Below, in pieces: positions 25,149 through 44,550 of a DNA stretch of 64,000 bases (its first letter is position 1; every line of letters starts with the position of its first letter). The stretch lies in assembly GCF_009914755.1 (NCBI RefSeq), contig NC_060937.1; one strand, 5' to 3'. This stretch comes from the human T2T-CHM13v2.0 reference genome, Homo sapiens. The notes under the pieces are model-generated. The model made no database searches. It saw only the letters and a list, made by a program, of their open reading frames with translations, and was not told the DNA's origin. Both the position numbers and the translations under genes were made by a program.

Positions 25149-26095
25149 CTATATATGTAAATATATGTATACATACATACACATATATCATATTATTTAG
25201 AAGTAGAGACTGTATTCAATAACTTCATTTCTAAAGTTTCCTTCATTAGATGGCCAGAAGCTCTTTTAGCCAACTAGAATATTTAGTTCCATTTAAAATA
25301 TCCTCTTTTTTTTTTTTCTTTTTTGGTGGCAATTGCCATTTGCTGGACCTTGAGTATATCAAAGATGGGTGATTTCAGTTGTCCCTGAAACTGGATACCA
25401 AATTACACAATGTTTGTGCCTACTTGTTGCCCTCTTTCTGAAAAGAAAAACATGCCTGCCTAAATATTCTTAAACTGTGAAGGATCTTGGAGACATTTTA
25501 TGCATTATCTATTTTGTGTACAAATTCCATTTCCAAATGTCTTAACTCCAGAGATGGAAAGCAATTTTTTACATTGCTGGACAATTCTAAATGTTAGAGA
25601 TTACATCTTATGTTTAAAATATGCTTCTACTGCCTGTTATTGGATCTTTCACGTAGAACACAGTGAAATCGCTATTTTCTTTCATCCTAACACCAAATAA
25701 CAATTGTAACTGATTTTTGATTGAATCGATCTGTCTCTTTGCATGAAGAGGTTTATTTTGGGGGTATTGTAGGGAACGACATATTGTTATACATCAGGGT
25801 AAAGTGAGAAGAGTACTAATTGTGTAGTGTATTATGGTTCTTATTGCCTAAATTTGGCTGTCTACACATATAATTCATAGGAATTAGAACCTCTTACGTC
25901 CAGGTGCAGAAGATTGCTGTAAACCAGGTTTCACAGTAAAATAACACTGATGATTTTATATTAACTCCATTTTACTTCATATTAGCTTTCGGTCCACGAT
26001 AACTCCTCTGGATAAAATGTGGCATTTTCTAACTTTCCCATTCATAAGTCTTGCTATTTTAGGATAATGGCACCTGGACCTTTATTAACTCTGAC

Positions 26096-26195
26096 TATAT
26101 ATATATATATATATATATTCCCCAGCAATTTTTTTATATATATATTTTTATATATATATATATTTTATATATATATTTTATATATATATATAATT
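26096..26195. repeat. (TA)n / AT low-complexity tracts
   Basis: Visible TA runs. Confidence 0.9.
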
Positions 26196-26624
26196 ATAGA
26201 ATGAGATCACTAAGACTTCAAGTTGCTGGGGAATATTTTCCTCCTCTTTGTCTAAGGACAGATTAACAGTTGATCCATTGTTTTGTAACTTTGCAAAGTG
26301 TATTTTTGCAAAGAGTATTTTTGAGCGTACATTCTCTTGTACTTCTCTTATCCTTATTAGCTGTGTGAAATTTATTACATTATCAGAGTTTTTAAAGTTT
26401 CAGTTTTCTTAGCTATGAAATATGGAACACAGACACAGACATAAATTCTACAAGACATGAATTAAAACAAATACATGTAGAGATTAATATGCCCCTTGTA
26501 AAATGTAACATGCAAAATTTTAGAAAATTCTTTATATTTATAAAATAAATATGTATTAAAAGACATGTAAGGGTGAGATCTACACTCCTCAGTATGCTGC
26601 TATTTAAGGAACTATAAGAAAATA

Positions 26625-26988
<364 letters not shown>

Positions 26989-27834
26989 TTAGCTAGTTTC
27001 TCAAAGCCCTCTAATAAAATGGCTTGGCAAGATTTGAACTCTTCTGGTCATTCACATCCACATTATTTATCCATGTCTTGATGAATGACGTGGCCATATT
27101 TCTTCCCTGCGTGTGCTTCCCTTGCTCTTCCTCTCTTCCAAAGATACACTCAGATGCCATGAAAAAGTCACTATGAAATTAGGACAAAAGTCAACACAGA
27201 GTAGGTCCAGTCGCCGTATGTTCTAAGCAGGCCATAGCCATACCTCTGGATCTATGAATACTCAAACAGCACAGCTTCCCTAGGCATTCTCAAACATCAC
27301 AATATATGTACACCTATTATTTTTGCTTTTTGGTAAATGTCCAAAGGACTGACCTGCAAACTTCTCTGATTCTTAACACACACAAACACAGTCATAGAAG
27401 CAATTAAACACATCAAGGACACAAATAATCTCAAAGAACAGGCCTCTTGGGCTTTCTATATACAGCGCATTCTCCATTCTTGGTCTCTAGTAATTGCCAA
27501 TGTGTTCACTCTAGTTTGTACACTACTTATTTCTCTAGTGCTAGAGCATATATTTCTCAAAAATATCCTGAACTTTTAATAGAATTCTCTTTCAGTGACT
27601 GATATGCAGAATAAATTCTCAAGGGCATATTCTAATTTTGTGTCCACTTTATGGGATGAGATAGTGGGAGGTAACTTTTAATTCTGCATGAGAATACATG
27701 ACTAAACTCATTATAACTCCGGGAGACTTTGATATCTCCCTTCAGGAATGAGGATACTTTTTCTTAAAAAGATTTTATAAACAAAGTTGACTCTTTAACT
27801 CAACTTCTGAGAAGGGAAATTTTTTAAAAAATCA

Positions 27835-28160
<326 letters not shown>

Positions 28161-28229
28161 TAGCAACAACTAAAATTAACCAAAGTGAATTTGTTGATGT
28201 ATTAATGTAACTGGTGTGTTCAAAAGAAG

Positions 28230-28530
28230 AATCTGGCTTGAAAAAATACTCAAAGTGTGTCTTCAAAGATATGTAATATTGTCCCTTCTCTCTCTCTTTC
28301 TCTCTCTCCATTTCTTAGCTCTGCTATCCTCTGTGGTAACTTCATTGCTTCATTTCTGGGCAAGCTCTCTGTGCAGTGGCTAATATGACTATCTGCAGAC
28401 TTACACTTAACATTTTTCTTCCAACTAGTAGTCCCAAACAAAAGAAAGTGCCTCTTTTCTGATAGTTTGAAGAAAAGTTTCTCACAAAGTTTCTCCATTT
28501 CTAACTGTGCTTAGATGATATAGATGATGA
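28230..28530 (-). mobile_element. Old MLT1 (J/K/L-type) LTR fragment
   Basis: ctctccatttcttagctctgctatcctctgtggtaacttcatt...ggcaagctctc antisense MLT1 motif. Confidence 0.55.
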
Positions 28531-30779
28531 TGGTCTATGGAGATAGATATTAATAATGATTTGAGGCACTTTTTCATTTTCAGAGACTTTGAGTATGCAC
28601 ACATTATTTGTATACACTATATGCAAAATCAAACACCATAGACATATAAAAGCAACATTAAAAACATAAAGGCTAAATATTATATATACTTCAAGGCTAA
28701 GGAAATTGTCAATGAAAGCTGTATAATGTGTCCCTGGTCACATAACTGATTGGTAGCATAGTCAGAATTGAAATGTTGGTCTCTTAATAATAATCTTATC
28801 TGAGAAGAAGACACTATTTAGTGTGGAGGCCAGGATTTTAGTGGCTGTTAGAATTTGCTATTAATGGCATTATTTCTGACTTATATGCAAACCTGATTGT
28901 GTGAAGTAAGAGACTTGAGAAAATTAAGAATGTGTGGATTAGAGGAGCTTGAACAAATGGAATGATACACCCTACTCCAAGGTGAGTAAACTCTGGTCTC
29001 ATTGTGTTTTCTTAGTATTAGATTCAAGTAGTTATTAGCTAGCTATGAGATAAAAGAAAACTTCATTTTTCAAGTAAGGAATATGTGATTTTTGTTTGTT
29101 TGTTTATTTATTTATTGTTTATTCATTTGCTTTCCAGTTGGATAGAATTTCTTGGGCTGATTTTACTAGCTGTCTTTCACAGACTTATGGGAGTGAGAGT
29201 AGGAAGTAACCATGAATGTAAAAGTTTGCAAATGCTAATGTATAATGGATGATAATTTGATTTTTGAGGAATTAAATAAGCTGGAGAAATGACTTTTTAA
29301 AAAGATGAATAACTGTGAGAAGAAAAGATTATAATTATTACTTAAAGTATGTTGACACAAATTTTTTTCAACCACTGCCCTGGATATATTCCACCAACTT
29401 AATAGAATTAAAAATATCTTGGAGCCACAAGAGGTGTTAGAGATGGTCCGTCCAGTCCACACCACTTTGACAGCAAGATATCTGTCCAACAGCTGTTAAA
29501 ATGGAGCCTTGGTTGAGGGATAGGGCCAATGCTAACATACTAGCTTTGCAGTTCCCACAAAACAATTTAAGTTTATCATAATCATTGATGCCAATTTGGA
29601 AACATGGATGGGGAATAATGTGATATCAGGAGGTCTTTAGTAAAAAGACCCTGTGGTATTTGCTAGTCAAAACTTTTGGAGGAACACCATTCTCCCTTGA
29701 AATACTGACTAATAATTTTCAAAGACATTGAAGAGAGTATGAAATTCAGAGACTTAGGAAAATATGCAACATGTGCCTATGTCCAATGTCTTCATATTAC
29801 TAAACCCATCAATTTATAATTAATTCAAAACTGCAAACCTCTGGATTCACATATGTTGACTGGCTCTAAAATAAGTACCTGAGCAATATTGTAATGGGGA
29901 TAGATGCTTTAATCATTACATACAGTGATAGTCTCTCTGTGATAAAAAAGGCTAAACAATAAGATGGTTTGTAAAAGTTCCCCATCTGAAGGGTACTCAG
30001 ATATTTTGAAGCAAGAGAGTTACTTTGATAGTTGGTTTCTAGAATAAATAATATAAATTGCTTCTCTTTCATTATTTAATAGAAACGGGACTTCTAACAT
30101 TTAATATTAATAAACGTTCTGAAAGCTCTATTCCCAGAAAAGAACCACTGAAGCTAATACAAATAGACATTCGGTTATATACTTGAAAACCATACTAGGC
30201 TTCCTCCTTCTCATTGATCTTCAGGATGGTGTCCCAAATTTAATGAAATTTGGCTATTGGTTAGCCATAATGAAAAGGTAGGTATATTCTCATGCTATAT
30301 GCCTCAAGGTAAAATAATTCAGAAGATGATGACCAGCAAATATTTGTTTAATAATTGAATACCATATTATTTCTTTGTTTAAAGGAAAGAACACCTGTTG
30401 TGTTATTAGTCAACTATAGCTGTTTTCGAAAGATTTTTTTAATATGAAGCAAAATTACACCAAAACATTTACTGCATCTATACTAATATTTTAAATCACT
30501 GAGTGTATCTCTCATCGTGGAATCAAATACCATTCTCATCATTTAAAATAACCCGTAAGAATTTGATAAATGGACCTGGAGACAATTGATTATCCTGATG
30601 AAAAAATGTAATAAAATTGGATGACTGGCATGCCCAAAAATATATTCCAAGTAAATTATAAACCAAAATACAATAAGTAAAATTTAAACTTTCAGAAGAA
30701 AATATAGGTTAACCTTGTTTTAGCCTTATGAAAAAAATATAGACAAAATACAAATAGCATGATCTCTTGTCCCAGCACT

Positions 30780-30951
30780 GCCAATCTTTAGTCTCCTTCA
30801 TATTTTCCATAGCACTTAACTTCTTCTTGTATATTACAAAATTTCCTTATTTGTGTTGTTTGTTGTCTCTTTCTTTCTGTTAGAATGCAGGCTCCATCAT
30901 GAAAGGACTCTTTGCCTCTTCTATGCTATAATGTTTCTAAGCACCCAAACC
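30780..30951 (+). mobile_element. L2a 3' fragment
   Basis: ccatagcactta...ttagaatgcaggctccatcatgaaaggact. Confidence 0.6.
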
Positions 30952-31401
30952 TGTAACATTCTGTAATTTTTTGCCTCTTACAAGATAACAAGGAAACTCA
31001 TGGCAGAAGACACAAGACTCTTAAGTCAGAGACTAAGGACTTACTACTCATAGCACTGCATACATCTAGAACATGAGCTTATTTGTTTATGTCTGATTCC
31101 TCTTACCCCCACATTCCATGGAGTACCGTGGTATGGGCCCAGGTATATCCTCCAAACAGTGATTTTTGTATCGAAGCTAAGAAACCTAGAGCTTAGAAAA
31201 TCTGTTTCTTCTATAATGAGTGATAAGCAAGCCTCCATTTTGTCTAGAGAGAGACATTACCTCATCCTTTCAAGTTACTTGTTGCAAAGGCAACCCTGAG
31301 GAACGGGCTTTGTAAAGAGCAATCCAGAACTTGTATTTTTGTCTATATATTAAAGATGTGCAACAGTGCTCAGAGGCCATGGAGGATTGTCTTATCCAAC
31401 A
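30952..31401 (-). mobile_element. LTR40-like (ERVL) solo LTR
   Basis: TG...CA termini; minus strand begins tgttggataagacaatcctccatgg, as in the recalled LTR40 consensus start. Confidence 0.65.
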
Positions 31402-32020
31402 GACCTGTGTATGGAACATAGTATAAACTAAACAATCATTAAAAAATACAAATCAATAAATAGATTGATAAATTTGCATATATTAAACTTTAACAAAATC
31501 TATAAAATAAATAACATTGCCAAGTGTAAGATAAGCAAAGACTATTCAAATATATTTGCAAAATATTAGTAACCAGAGTAAATAATTTTTAAAAACCAAC
31601 AAATTAGTACCACAAAATGAACAATGTAAGAAAAGGAAATCTAATGGCCAGTAAATATGAGACAAGTCTCCTAGTATCAATGGTAATTAACAAATTAAAG
31701 TTGAAGTTTTATGAAATACTATTTTATATTCTTCAGTTTGGCAAATATTAAAAAGTATAAAAATATACAATGGTGTGAGAATGTGGAGCAATGTTAATCA
31801 GAAGGAAGGATTAAAAATATTATAAAGTATTGAGCAAGCTAAATACTATATTGCTGTCAAAATAAATGAATAAAAACCACATATATCAATATGGACCAAT
31901 ATGAAAAGCATAATAATTAGTGACAACAGAAACATATAGAACAAACATAAGGTTTTAAACATACACAACAATAGTAAATATGTAAATATTATTTATAAAA
32001 TTATGCATGCATTAAAAAGG

Positions 32021-32098
32021 TATATGATACACAAGAAATGATATATGATACACAAGAAATATGATACACAAGAAATTTAATATGATACACAAGAAATA
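32021..32098. repeat. Tandem repeat, 4 copies of atgatacacaagaaat
   Basis: Copies start at 32024, 32045, 32061, 32082. Confidence 0.9.
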
Positions 32099-32103
32099 AA
32101 TAC

Positions 32104-32461
32104 CGCTTTGGTCTGAATGTTGATGTGCCTCCAAAATTCATATGTTGGAAACTAATATCAGATGTAACAGCATTAAGAGGTGTGGTCTTGAAGAAGTAAT
32201 TAAGTCACGAGAGCTCTACCCTCAGGAATGGGATTAGTACTCTTACAAACGGGTCTGCAGGCAGCAGCAAGTCCTTTGCCTCTTCTACCATGTTAGGATA
32301 CATAGAAGCCACCATCTGTAAGGATCTTGTCCTCACCAGACACCAAATGTGCTGGAGCCTTGATTTTGAACTTCCCAGTCTCTAGAAGAAATAATTTTCT
32401 GTTGTTTATAAAATTATCCAGTTTAAGGTATTTTCTAATAGCAGCTGGAACAGAATAAGAG
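32104..32461 (+). mobile_element. MSTD/MLT1A-type LTR
   Basis: ggtctgaatgttgatgtgcctccaaaattcatatgttgg; cctcaccagacaccaaatgtgctggagccttgattttgaacttcccagtctc. Confidence 0.85.
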
Positions 32462-32904
32462 AAAATCCAACTCAAGGAAATGGTTCTATCTAGGGAGGGA
32501 TAGATATGAATAAAATTTGACTTGGGGTAATTCAGGGTTCTTATTAAATTTATAATTTTTTTTAAACAAAGATTGGAAGCAAACAAAAAACTTAAGATTT
32601 GGCAATGCTAGGTATTTAATTTTTTCTGAAATATTTTCTTATAAAGAAAAATCTGGTTATCAGTTTGGAGGCAAGGATTTTAAATGACCACACTTGAAAG
32701 CATAGGGCATAAAACTGATTGAATCATTTCAGTGTGGCAAGATGTGGTAGACAGAGCAGACGAGACACGCTCTGCACATGGAGCTGATTCCATTCCTGTC
32801 TTGGAAAGTTAAAATTGCTTGGTTCTTGTTGCAATAGACTTGGTATGCAGAGCCACCCGAGGACAAGATCCTGACCTAATGGCTACCATCTAAAAATTGC
32901 AGTG

Positions 32905-33690
32905 CTAACCCAGAGTAAAGGTTCTGAGACTACTCACCTAGATTTTATAACCCAGTTTTCCTTCTCATAGTGCTCTATTTCTAGGCAAGTTACTTAGCTC
33001 TTTTATGTCCCAGCTCACTTAATTCTAAAATGGTCATAGTGATAAAAGCATCTTTCTTTGTTGGACAACCTCCTGGTCAACCTCCATCCACAACTTTACC
33101 CACCTTCTTTGTTTCTCCAGTTTTGTTCAAGAATTTACCCATTTCAAAAATCACTCAGAGAAAGGTGCCCCTCATCCTCATCTCCTGGTATGAATCCTGG
33201 TTATTCTAACTCAGTTAATGTCATTAGTGTATGTCCTGTCATTCATTCATGATTGAGCATGTGAAATAAACAGACCAAATAGCACCAAAGAAAAGCCTTG
33301 TATTATATGCTTGATTTTCTCCTTTTTCCTGTTAAATGGAATTTTAAAGGAGTCATTTTTGCCTTCAGTTTCCACTGGTGACCACTTGTACCCTGACATG
33401 AGCTAGACCGAAGCAAGACGAAGGGTTAACGAGGCAGAATAAAAGGATCAAGAAATATCATGAATTTTTGATGACAAGAGGGAGCCACAGACAGAACTGT
33501 ACCTAAAGCCTGCCTTATCTCTAAAATTCCAATTATTGTGAGATATTACATTTCTTTAATATTTAAACCAATTTAACTTAGTGTTTTTGTTACTCGCAAA
33601 AGAACACAATAACTGATATATTATCTCATATATTGAACCGTAAAAATAAATGAGAAAAAATTTGTAATGCACCTAACACAGGGCTCAGGA
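32905..33690 (+). mobile_element. MIR split by an old MLT1 LTR (~33058-33620)
   Basis: MIR core ctaggcaagttacttagctc before; MIR 3' part aaaaataaatgagaaaaaatttgtaatgcacctaacacaggg after; LTR end tttttgttactcgcaaaagaacacaataactgata. Confidence 0.6.
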
Positions 33691-35757
33691 TATGGCTATT
33701 TTTAGCTACAACACCTTGGGCCTTATGCCTCCTCTGTCAACACATTCCTTCAGCATTTTAGGTAAGTAGCTTCTGCCAATTAGCTTAATCTTCATACAAT
33801 TCTTGACTTATTCCTCAGTTCTAACTTTCATTATGTGTATTGTTTTATAAACATTTTCTTCATAGCCCATGAGTTCACATTTTATAAGGCAGTGGCTAAA
33901 GTAGTACCGGGTATTATGGTATTATTTACATTATGTATTGTAAAATATAGTATACATTTTTAGAAGAATGTACTTGCTTGTCTGAATCCTACAATACCCG
34001 ACAATGATTCTTATTTGTACATCTGGCTTATTAAGCCTCTGACGAGGAAATGTTTCATTTATACACATTATCCTGCATAAGAAATAAAAGGTACAGCAAG
34101 TGAGTCATATATTGAAAGGTACAAAAGCTTGTGTATGCTATCATCAAATCTATCATACAAACTTTGAAACTTTGTAAGATTTGTTAGATCCTTGTGTAGT
34201 CACACACTAAAACTTACCCTCCAAAGCCATAGCTTAATGGGAGATTTTTCTCCCATTCTTAGTATTTTTTCCCTAACACAAAAATTATAAGGTAAACAAG
34301 ACAATTAGAGCCTCAAAAATGTCTAATATCCAAGGAGAACAATCCACTTAGGAAGAAGGATGTTCTGAAACAAACAAAACCAAAAACCCACTTCACTTTA
34401 AATATGCATAAAGTAAATTTGGGAGAGTGAATGATAAAACATTCATTCTACAAGACTTTAATGCCAACTCCTAGAAAGAGTTACAAGACATCATTTTATA
34501 AAGAAGAAAATATATAGTATATGCATCTAAAATAAACCATTGAAAATACTATTTTAATGATAGCAAGCACAAAAACACTTAGCTTGTTCACTCAAACATG
34601 AATGTTTAATCCCCCTGAATTCTTTAAATCTCTGATCTCCTTTGGGAATGAAATAACTTCAGGGCTCAATTTGTACTGGTAGCTTAATGATTAAAGATGA
34701 AAAAGTCTTTGCCTATGCATCTGATTTTTATATGCCTTGTTTTACTGAAAATCCTATTAAAATAAACTCTGCTTTTAGTTGCTGTGAGTAATTGGATCCA
34801 GTACTTCACAGTTGAAAAATGTTGACTTCAAATTTTAATCTTTTACTGAGAGGATGTCACTACAAAACAAGAGGGTTGTAAGTACTCTATAAGGTACAAT
34901 TGTTGAGATAAAACATAAAAAAATAGTGTACTAAGTTTGTAAGTTTTATGTATCTATGTGTTAGGGACAATTAAAACCATTTACAATAGTATTTTTTTGT
35001 TAATAATAGACCAGAAATAAGGAATAGAATGCTGTATGTTTTATAACCAAACAAGCAGGCTGATTTAAGAATAGGTTTGCAAGATTTGCATGTGAATGTT
35101 TGTGTGGGAGTGGGGAAGAGGAGGAATGTGGACATATCCTAAGAGGAAGAAAATCTTATACATGAGTTTGCTCACTACAGAATTTGACATTTATAATGAT
35201 TTTTTTTCCCAGAATCTCTGTGAAGATGACAAAAACATTTTTTAAAGATGACTGAGCCTATGAGCTGTAAGGAGACGTATCTACAAGTTAGTATGCACCA
35301 AGCAATAGTTGATATACAGTCAGTTCAGAGTTCTTATTCCTTCTCAGTAAGAAACTAGAAACTGTCCTTTGTGTGGACAAGAAAATCCTTTAGGTTCTCT
35401 CTCATTTGGTATTTGTGTGTGTGTGTATATTCCTTTTTTAGTCCCATTTAGCCTTCTCTTTTCTGAAATAATCATTTCCTGCTGCCTCACTTTTATTACT
35501 TTATCTTTGTTTTTATTGTTTGCCCTTATTTTAGGTTGATTTTAATCACTGTATCTCTCATGATTTCTCTTTATTTTTAAGAATATGACAGCTTTTTTAT
35601 TAAAATAGTACTTACATATAATTAAAGCCATACAGCAAAGTGCAAAAAATCACACCTCAGATCCCACCAAGCAGAAATAACCATTATAAAATTTATAAGA
35701 ATGAAATTTTGGTTATGTTAATGCCTAATAGATTGATGAAGGCTAAATGAAAGATAT

Positions 35758-37114
35758 CAACAGTTCTTAAAGTTCAGCCTGCAATGCCCTGGGTATCCAT
35801 CCCTGAGATCCTAAGGAATGTACAAAGTGAAAACTATTTTCATAATACAGAGAGAATATTTGCTTTTTTAACTGTATGGAAATTGCACTGATTATGCTAA
35901 AGTAAGAGTCAGCAAAACTGCTGCTTCCTTAGTACAAATTAAAGCAATATCAGCCAACAGTATTTGCAATCATTGTATTCTTCACCACAATGCACTAGCA
36001 GTTAAAAAAAAAGAGCCAGCTTCACTTAAGTATGTTCTTGAGACAATATTAAAAATCATCAGTTTTGTTAAATCCTTCTTGAATATATCTCACTGTAATA
36101 GTCTCAGAGAAAAAAAAAAACAGGACATATGCATAAAGCACTTCTGAGGCATGATCTGGTTATCTTGAAAATAAGTTTTTGTGTACCTGCTTCAGTTGTT
36201 TGCTAAACTAGCCACATTTTTCATAGAATAATATTTTTATCCAAAGAATGACTAAAAGACAAACTACGGGTGTTCACTTGAGTATCTGAGAATTTGCCAC
36301 GGAAGGAAAACAATAAAACAAACTATTTACTATCATTGACAAAATTGCAGCTTTCAAGTAACAATTAGAATTGTGGAAACATTGTATCTGTCCCTGTGAA
36401 ACTGACAGCATTTCGTGCTTGAAGATCCCTCTGGAAAAAAATCAAAGGAAAAATAAATCTGGTTATTTTTATATTGTGTAGTATAATGTCAAGATTTTGT
36501 AAAACCCATGTAAATCTGTGAACCCAATATTTACCAAAATGACCAGTGAATGCATGGTATTACAAGATCATGCATGGCTAAACAGCTATTCAAAGTGCAA
36601 AATAGGCCAGTAGATTTTAATGTAAGAGTATGGAAAGTTCATTGATATAATTCCACATTACCACTAGACTTTAAGAAACTCCCTCTCATTGAGTTATAGT
36701 TTAGTAAGAGACATATTTATTTTCTTCTCTTTTCCAACTGCAAATCTGTAGGAGGCTGGATTTTCTTCAGCTATTTCAGATGCAGATACAGATTGCAATA
36801 GATGGATGGCAGAAGCTGTTGTTATTAATTCAGACATTCCAGAGAATCATAAAAATGTAAATCAATGCCACCCTTCTAATTTAATATTTATGTTGGAAAA
36901 TACAGTTTTTTTAAATAAAATATGATGGGTTGATCTATAATGGGTTTTAATTTTACATAGATAAGATAGAGTCAATATAATTCTAAAACTCTGTTTAAAT
37001 TTCTAATATGATAAAAATCTATAGTTATAAACCATGTAAACAAAAGCTCTGGAGCACTTGATAATTTTTAAAAGTGGAAAGAGTTCCTGAAACCAATGTG
37101 TTTGAGAACTATTG
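35758..37114 (+). mobile_element. Charlie1a (hAT DNA transposon), near full length
   Basis: Terminal inverted motifs caacagttcttaaa / tttgagaactattg; internal aaaactattttcataata, tcattgtattcttcaccacaatgcactagcag, cttcacttaagtatgttcttga. Confidence 0.85.
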
Positions 37115-37167
37115 AAATAAATAAATAGGCATGCAAAGATGTTTAAAAACATAAAAATGGGGAGGAC

Positions 37168-38180
37168 TTCCTTCTTTGCAATTGTTTGGATTAGTTTCAC
37201 AAGGAATGGTATCTGTTCCTTTTTGTACTTCTGGTAGAATTCATCTGTGAATCCATCTGGTTCTGGGCTTTTCTTTTGGTTGGTAGGCTATTAATTGCTG
37301 CCTGAATTTCAGAACTTGTTATTGGTCTATTCAGGGATTTGAGTTCTTCCTGGTTTAGTCTTGGGAGGGTATCTGTGTCTAGGAATTTATCCATTTCTTC
37401 TAGATTTTCTAGTTTATTTGTGTAGAGGTGTTCATAGTATTCTCTAATGGTAGTTTGTATTTCTGTGGGGTCAGTGGTGATATCCCCTTTATCATTTTTT
37501 ATTGTGTCTATTTGATTCATCTCTGTTTTCTTCATAATTAGTCTAGCTAGTGGTTTATTTATTTTGTTATTTTTTCCAAAAAACCAGCTACTGGATTCAC
37601 TGAGTATTTTGGAGGTTTTTTTTTTGTGTGTGTGTATGTGTCTATATCTCCTTCATTTCTGCTGTGATCTTAGTTATTTCTTGCCTCCTGCTAGCTTTTG
37701 GATTAGTCTGCTCTTGCCTCTCTAGCTCTTTAATTGTGATGTTAGGGTGTCAGTTTGAGATCTTTCCAGCTTTCTGATTTGGGCATTTTAGTGCTATAAA
37801 TTTCCCTCTAAACACGGCTTTAGCTGTGTCCCAGAGATTCTGGTATGTTGTCTCTTTGTTCTCATTGGTTTCAAAGAACTTCTTTATTTCTGCCTTAATT
37901 TCATTATTTACCCAGGAGTCATTCAGGAGTAGATTGTTCCATTTCCAAGTAATTGTGTGGTTTTGAGTTAGTTTCTTAATCGTGAGTTCTAATTTGATTG
38001 AACTGTGGTCTGAGAGACTGTTATGATTTCAGTTCTTTTGCATTTGCTAAAGAGTGTTTTGTTTCCAATTATGTGGTCGATTTGAGAATAAGTGCCACGG
38101 GACACTGAAAAGAATGTATATTCTGTTGATTTGGGGTGGAGAGTTCTGTAGATGTCTATTTGGTCCACTTGGCCCAGAGA
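37168..38180 (-). mobile_element. L1PA internal ORF2 fragment (endonuclease/linker region)
   Basis: ORF 37197-37535 = [43 protein letters not shown] (L1 ORF2p); no 3'UTR or polyA. Confidence 0.92.
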
Positions 38181-38304
38181 ATTGGTGATGCAGCCAGAAG
38201 CAGCTTCAAAGTCATGAAATTGTTGGGTCTCAGAGTACCCAAGACTGCTGAGAAGGCTTTCATTGTTGCCTTGTTTCTCTATCTATACAGTAGATTTTTT
38301 TTTG

Positions 38305-38487
38305 CCTCTATGATTTGCATTTTTCTGATGATTAGTGATGTTGAGCATTTTTTCATGTTTGTTGGCCATTTGTAAATCTTCTTTTGGGAAGTGTTTGTTC
38401 ATGTTCTTTGCCCATTTCTTAATGGGGTTATTTGTTTTTTACTTGTTGATTTGTTTTACTTCCTTATAGAGTCTATAATTTCTAGAT
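38305..38487 (-). mobile_element. L1PB-type ORF2 3' fragment (non-inverted arm of a 5'-inverted L1)
   Basis: atgattagtgatgttgagcattttttcatgtttgttggcc...ttctttgcccatt. Confidence 0.85.
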
Positions 38488-39680
38488 AACTGAAACAAGG
38501 CAAGGATGCCCACTCTCACGGCTCCTACTCAACATAGTACTTGATGTCGTAGACAGGGCAGTGAGGCAAGAGAAAGAAAGAAAAGGCATCCAAAAAAAAA
38601 AAAGAAAAAAGAAGAAGAAATCAAACTATCTCTCTTCACTGACATTATGATTCTACAAGTAAAAAACCCTAAAGACTCCCCAAAAAGGCTCCTAGAACTG
38701 ATAAACAACTTCAATAAAGTCTCAGGATACAAAATCAATGTACAAAATTTAGTAGCATTTTAATATACCAACAATGTTCAAGCTGAGGGTTAAATCAAGA
38801 ACACAGTTCTATTTAGAATAGTCATTAAACAAATAAAATTCCTAGTAATACAGCTAACCAAGGAGGCAAATATCTCCTCTGTTTAATTTTCAAGGAATAC
38901 TAAAGAACACTACTGAAAAAAATTAGACATGACACAAATAAATGGAAAAACATTCCATGCTTATGGATAGGAAGAATTAACATTTTATAAATGATCATAC
39001 TATCCAAAGCAATTAACAGATTCAATGACATTTCTATAAAATTACCAATGTCATTTTTTCACACAATTAGAAAAAAATGATTTTAAAATTCATATGGAAC
39101 CAAAAAAGAGTCCAAATAGCCAAAGCAATTATAAGCAAAAAGAAGAAAGCCAAAGGCATCACATTACCCGATTTGAAACTATATTATAAGGCTACAGTAA
39201 CCAAAACAGCATGGTTCTGGTACAAAAACAGACACATAGACCAATGAAACAGAATAGAAAACCTAGAAATAAAGTCACACACTTCTGACCATCTGATCTT
39301 CAATTAAGTCAACAAAAATAAGCAATTGGGAAAGGAGTCCCCTATTCAATAAATGGTGCTGGAATAACTGGCTATCCATAAGCAGAAGAATAAAACTGAA
39401 CCTCTACTTTTCACCATATATAAACATTAACTCAAAATGGACTAAATATTTAAATGTAAGACCTCAAAATATAAAAATCCTAGAAGAAAACCTATAAAAT
39501 AATTTTCTCAATATCAACCTTGGCAAATAATTTTTGGCTAAATCTGCAAACATAATTGCAGCAAAACCAAAATTTAACAAGTAGGACCTAATTAAACTAA
39601 AGAACTTATGCACAGCAAAATAAACCATCAACAGAGTAAATGGACAACCTTAAAAATGGGAGGGAATATTCACAAACAAA
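38488..39680 (+). mobile_element. L1PB-type ORF2 RT region (inverted arm)
   Basis: acaaggcaaggatgcccactctc; ggatacaaaatcaatgtacaaa; cctattcaataaatggtgctgg. Confidence 0.9.
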
Positions 39681-39682
39681 AT

Positions 39683-44550
<4,868 letters not shown>

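Larger units (their letters stand above)
31420..32640 (+). mobile_element. Decayed L1M (MD/ME-type) 3' region, split by an LTR
   Basis: A-rich with L1 motifs (aaggaaatctaatggccagtaaatatga; ttggcaaatattaaaaagtataaaaatatacaatggtgtgagaatgtggagcaa). Confidence 0.55.

Noticed and set aside
28979-28987. Consensus splice donor AAG|GTGAGT (also TAG|GTAAGT near 33760)
   Set aside because: Isolated 9-mers are expected by chance in 64 kb; no convincing paired acceptor or open frame
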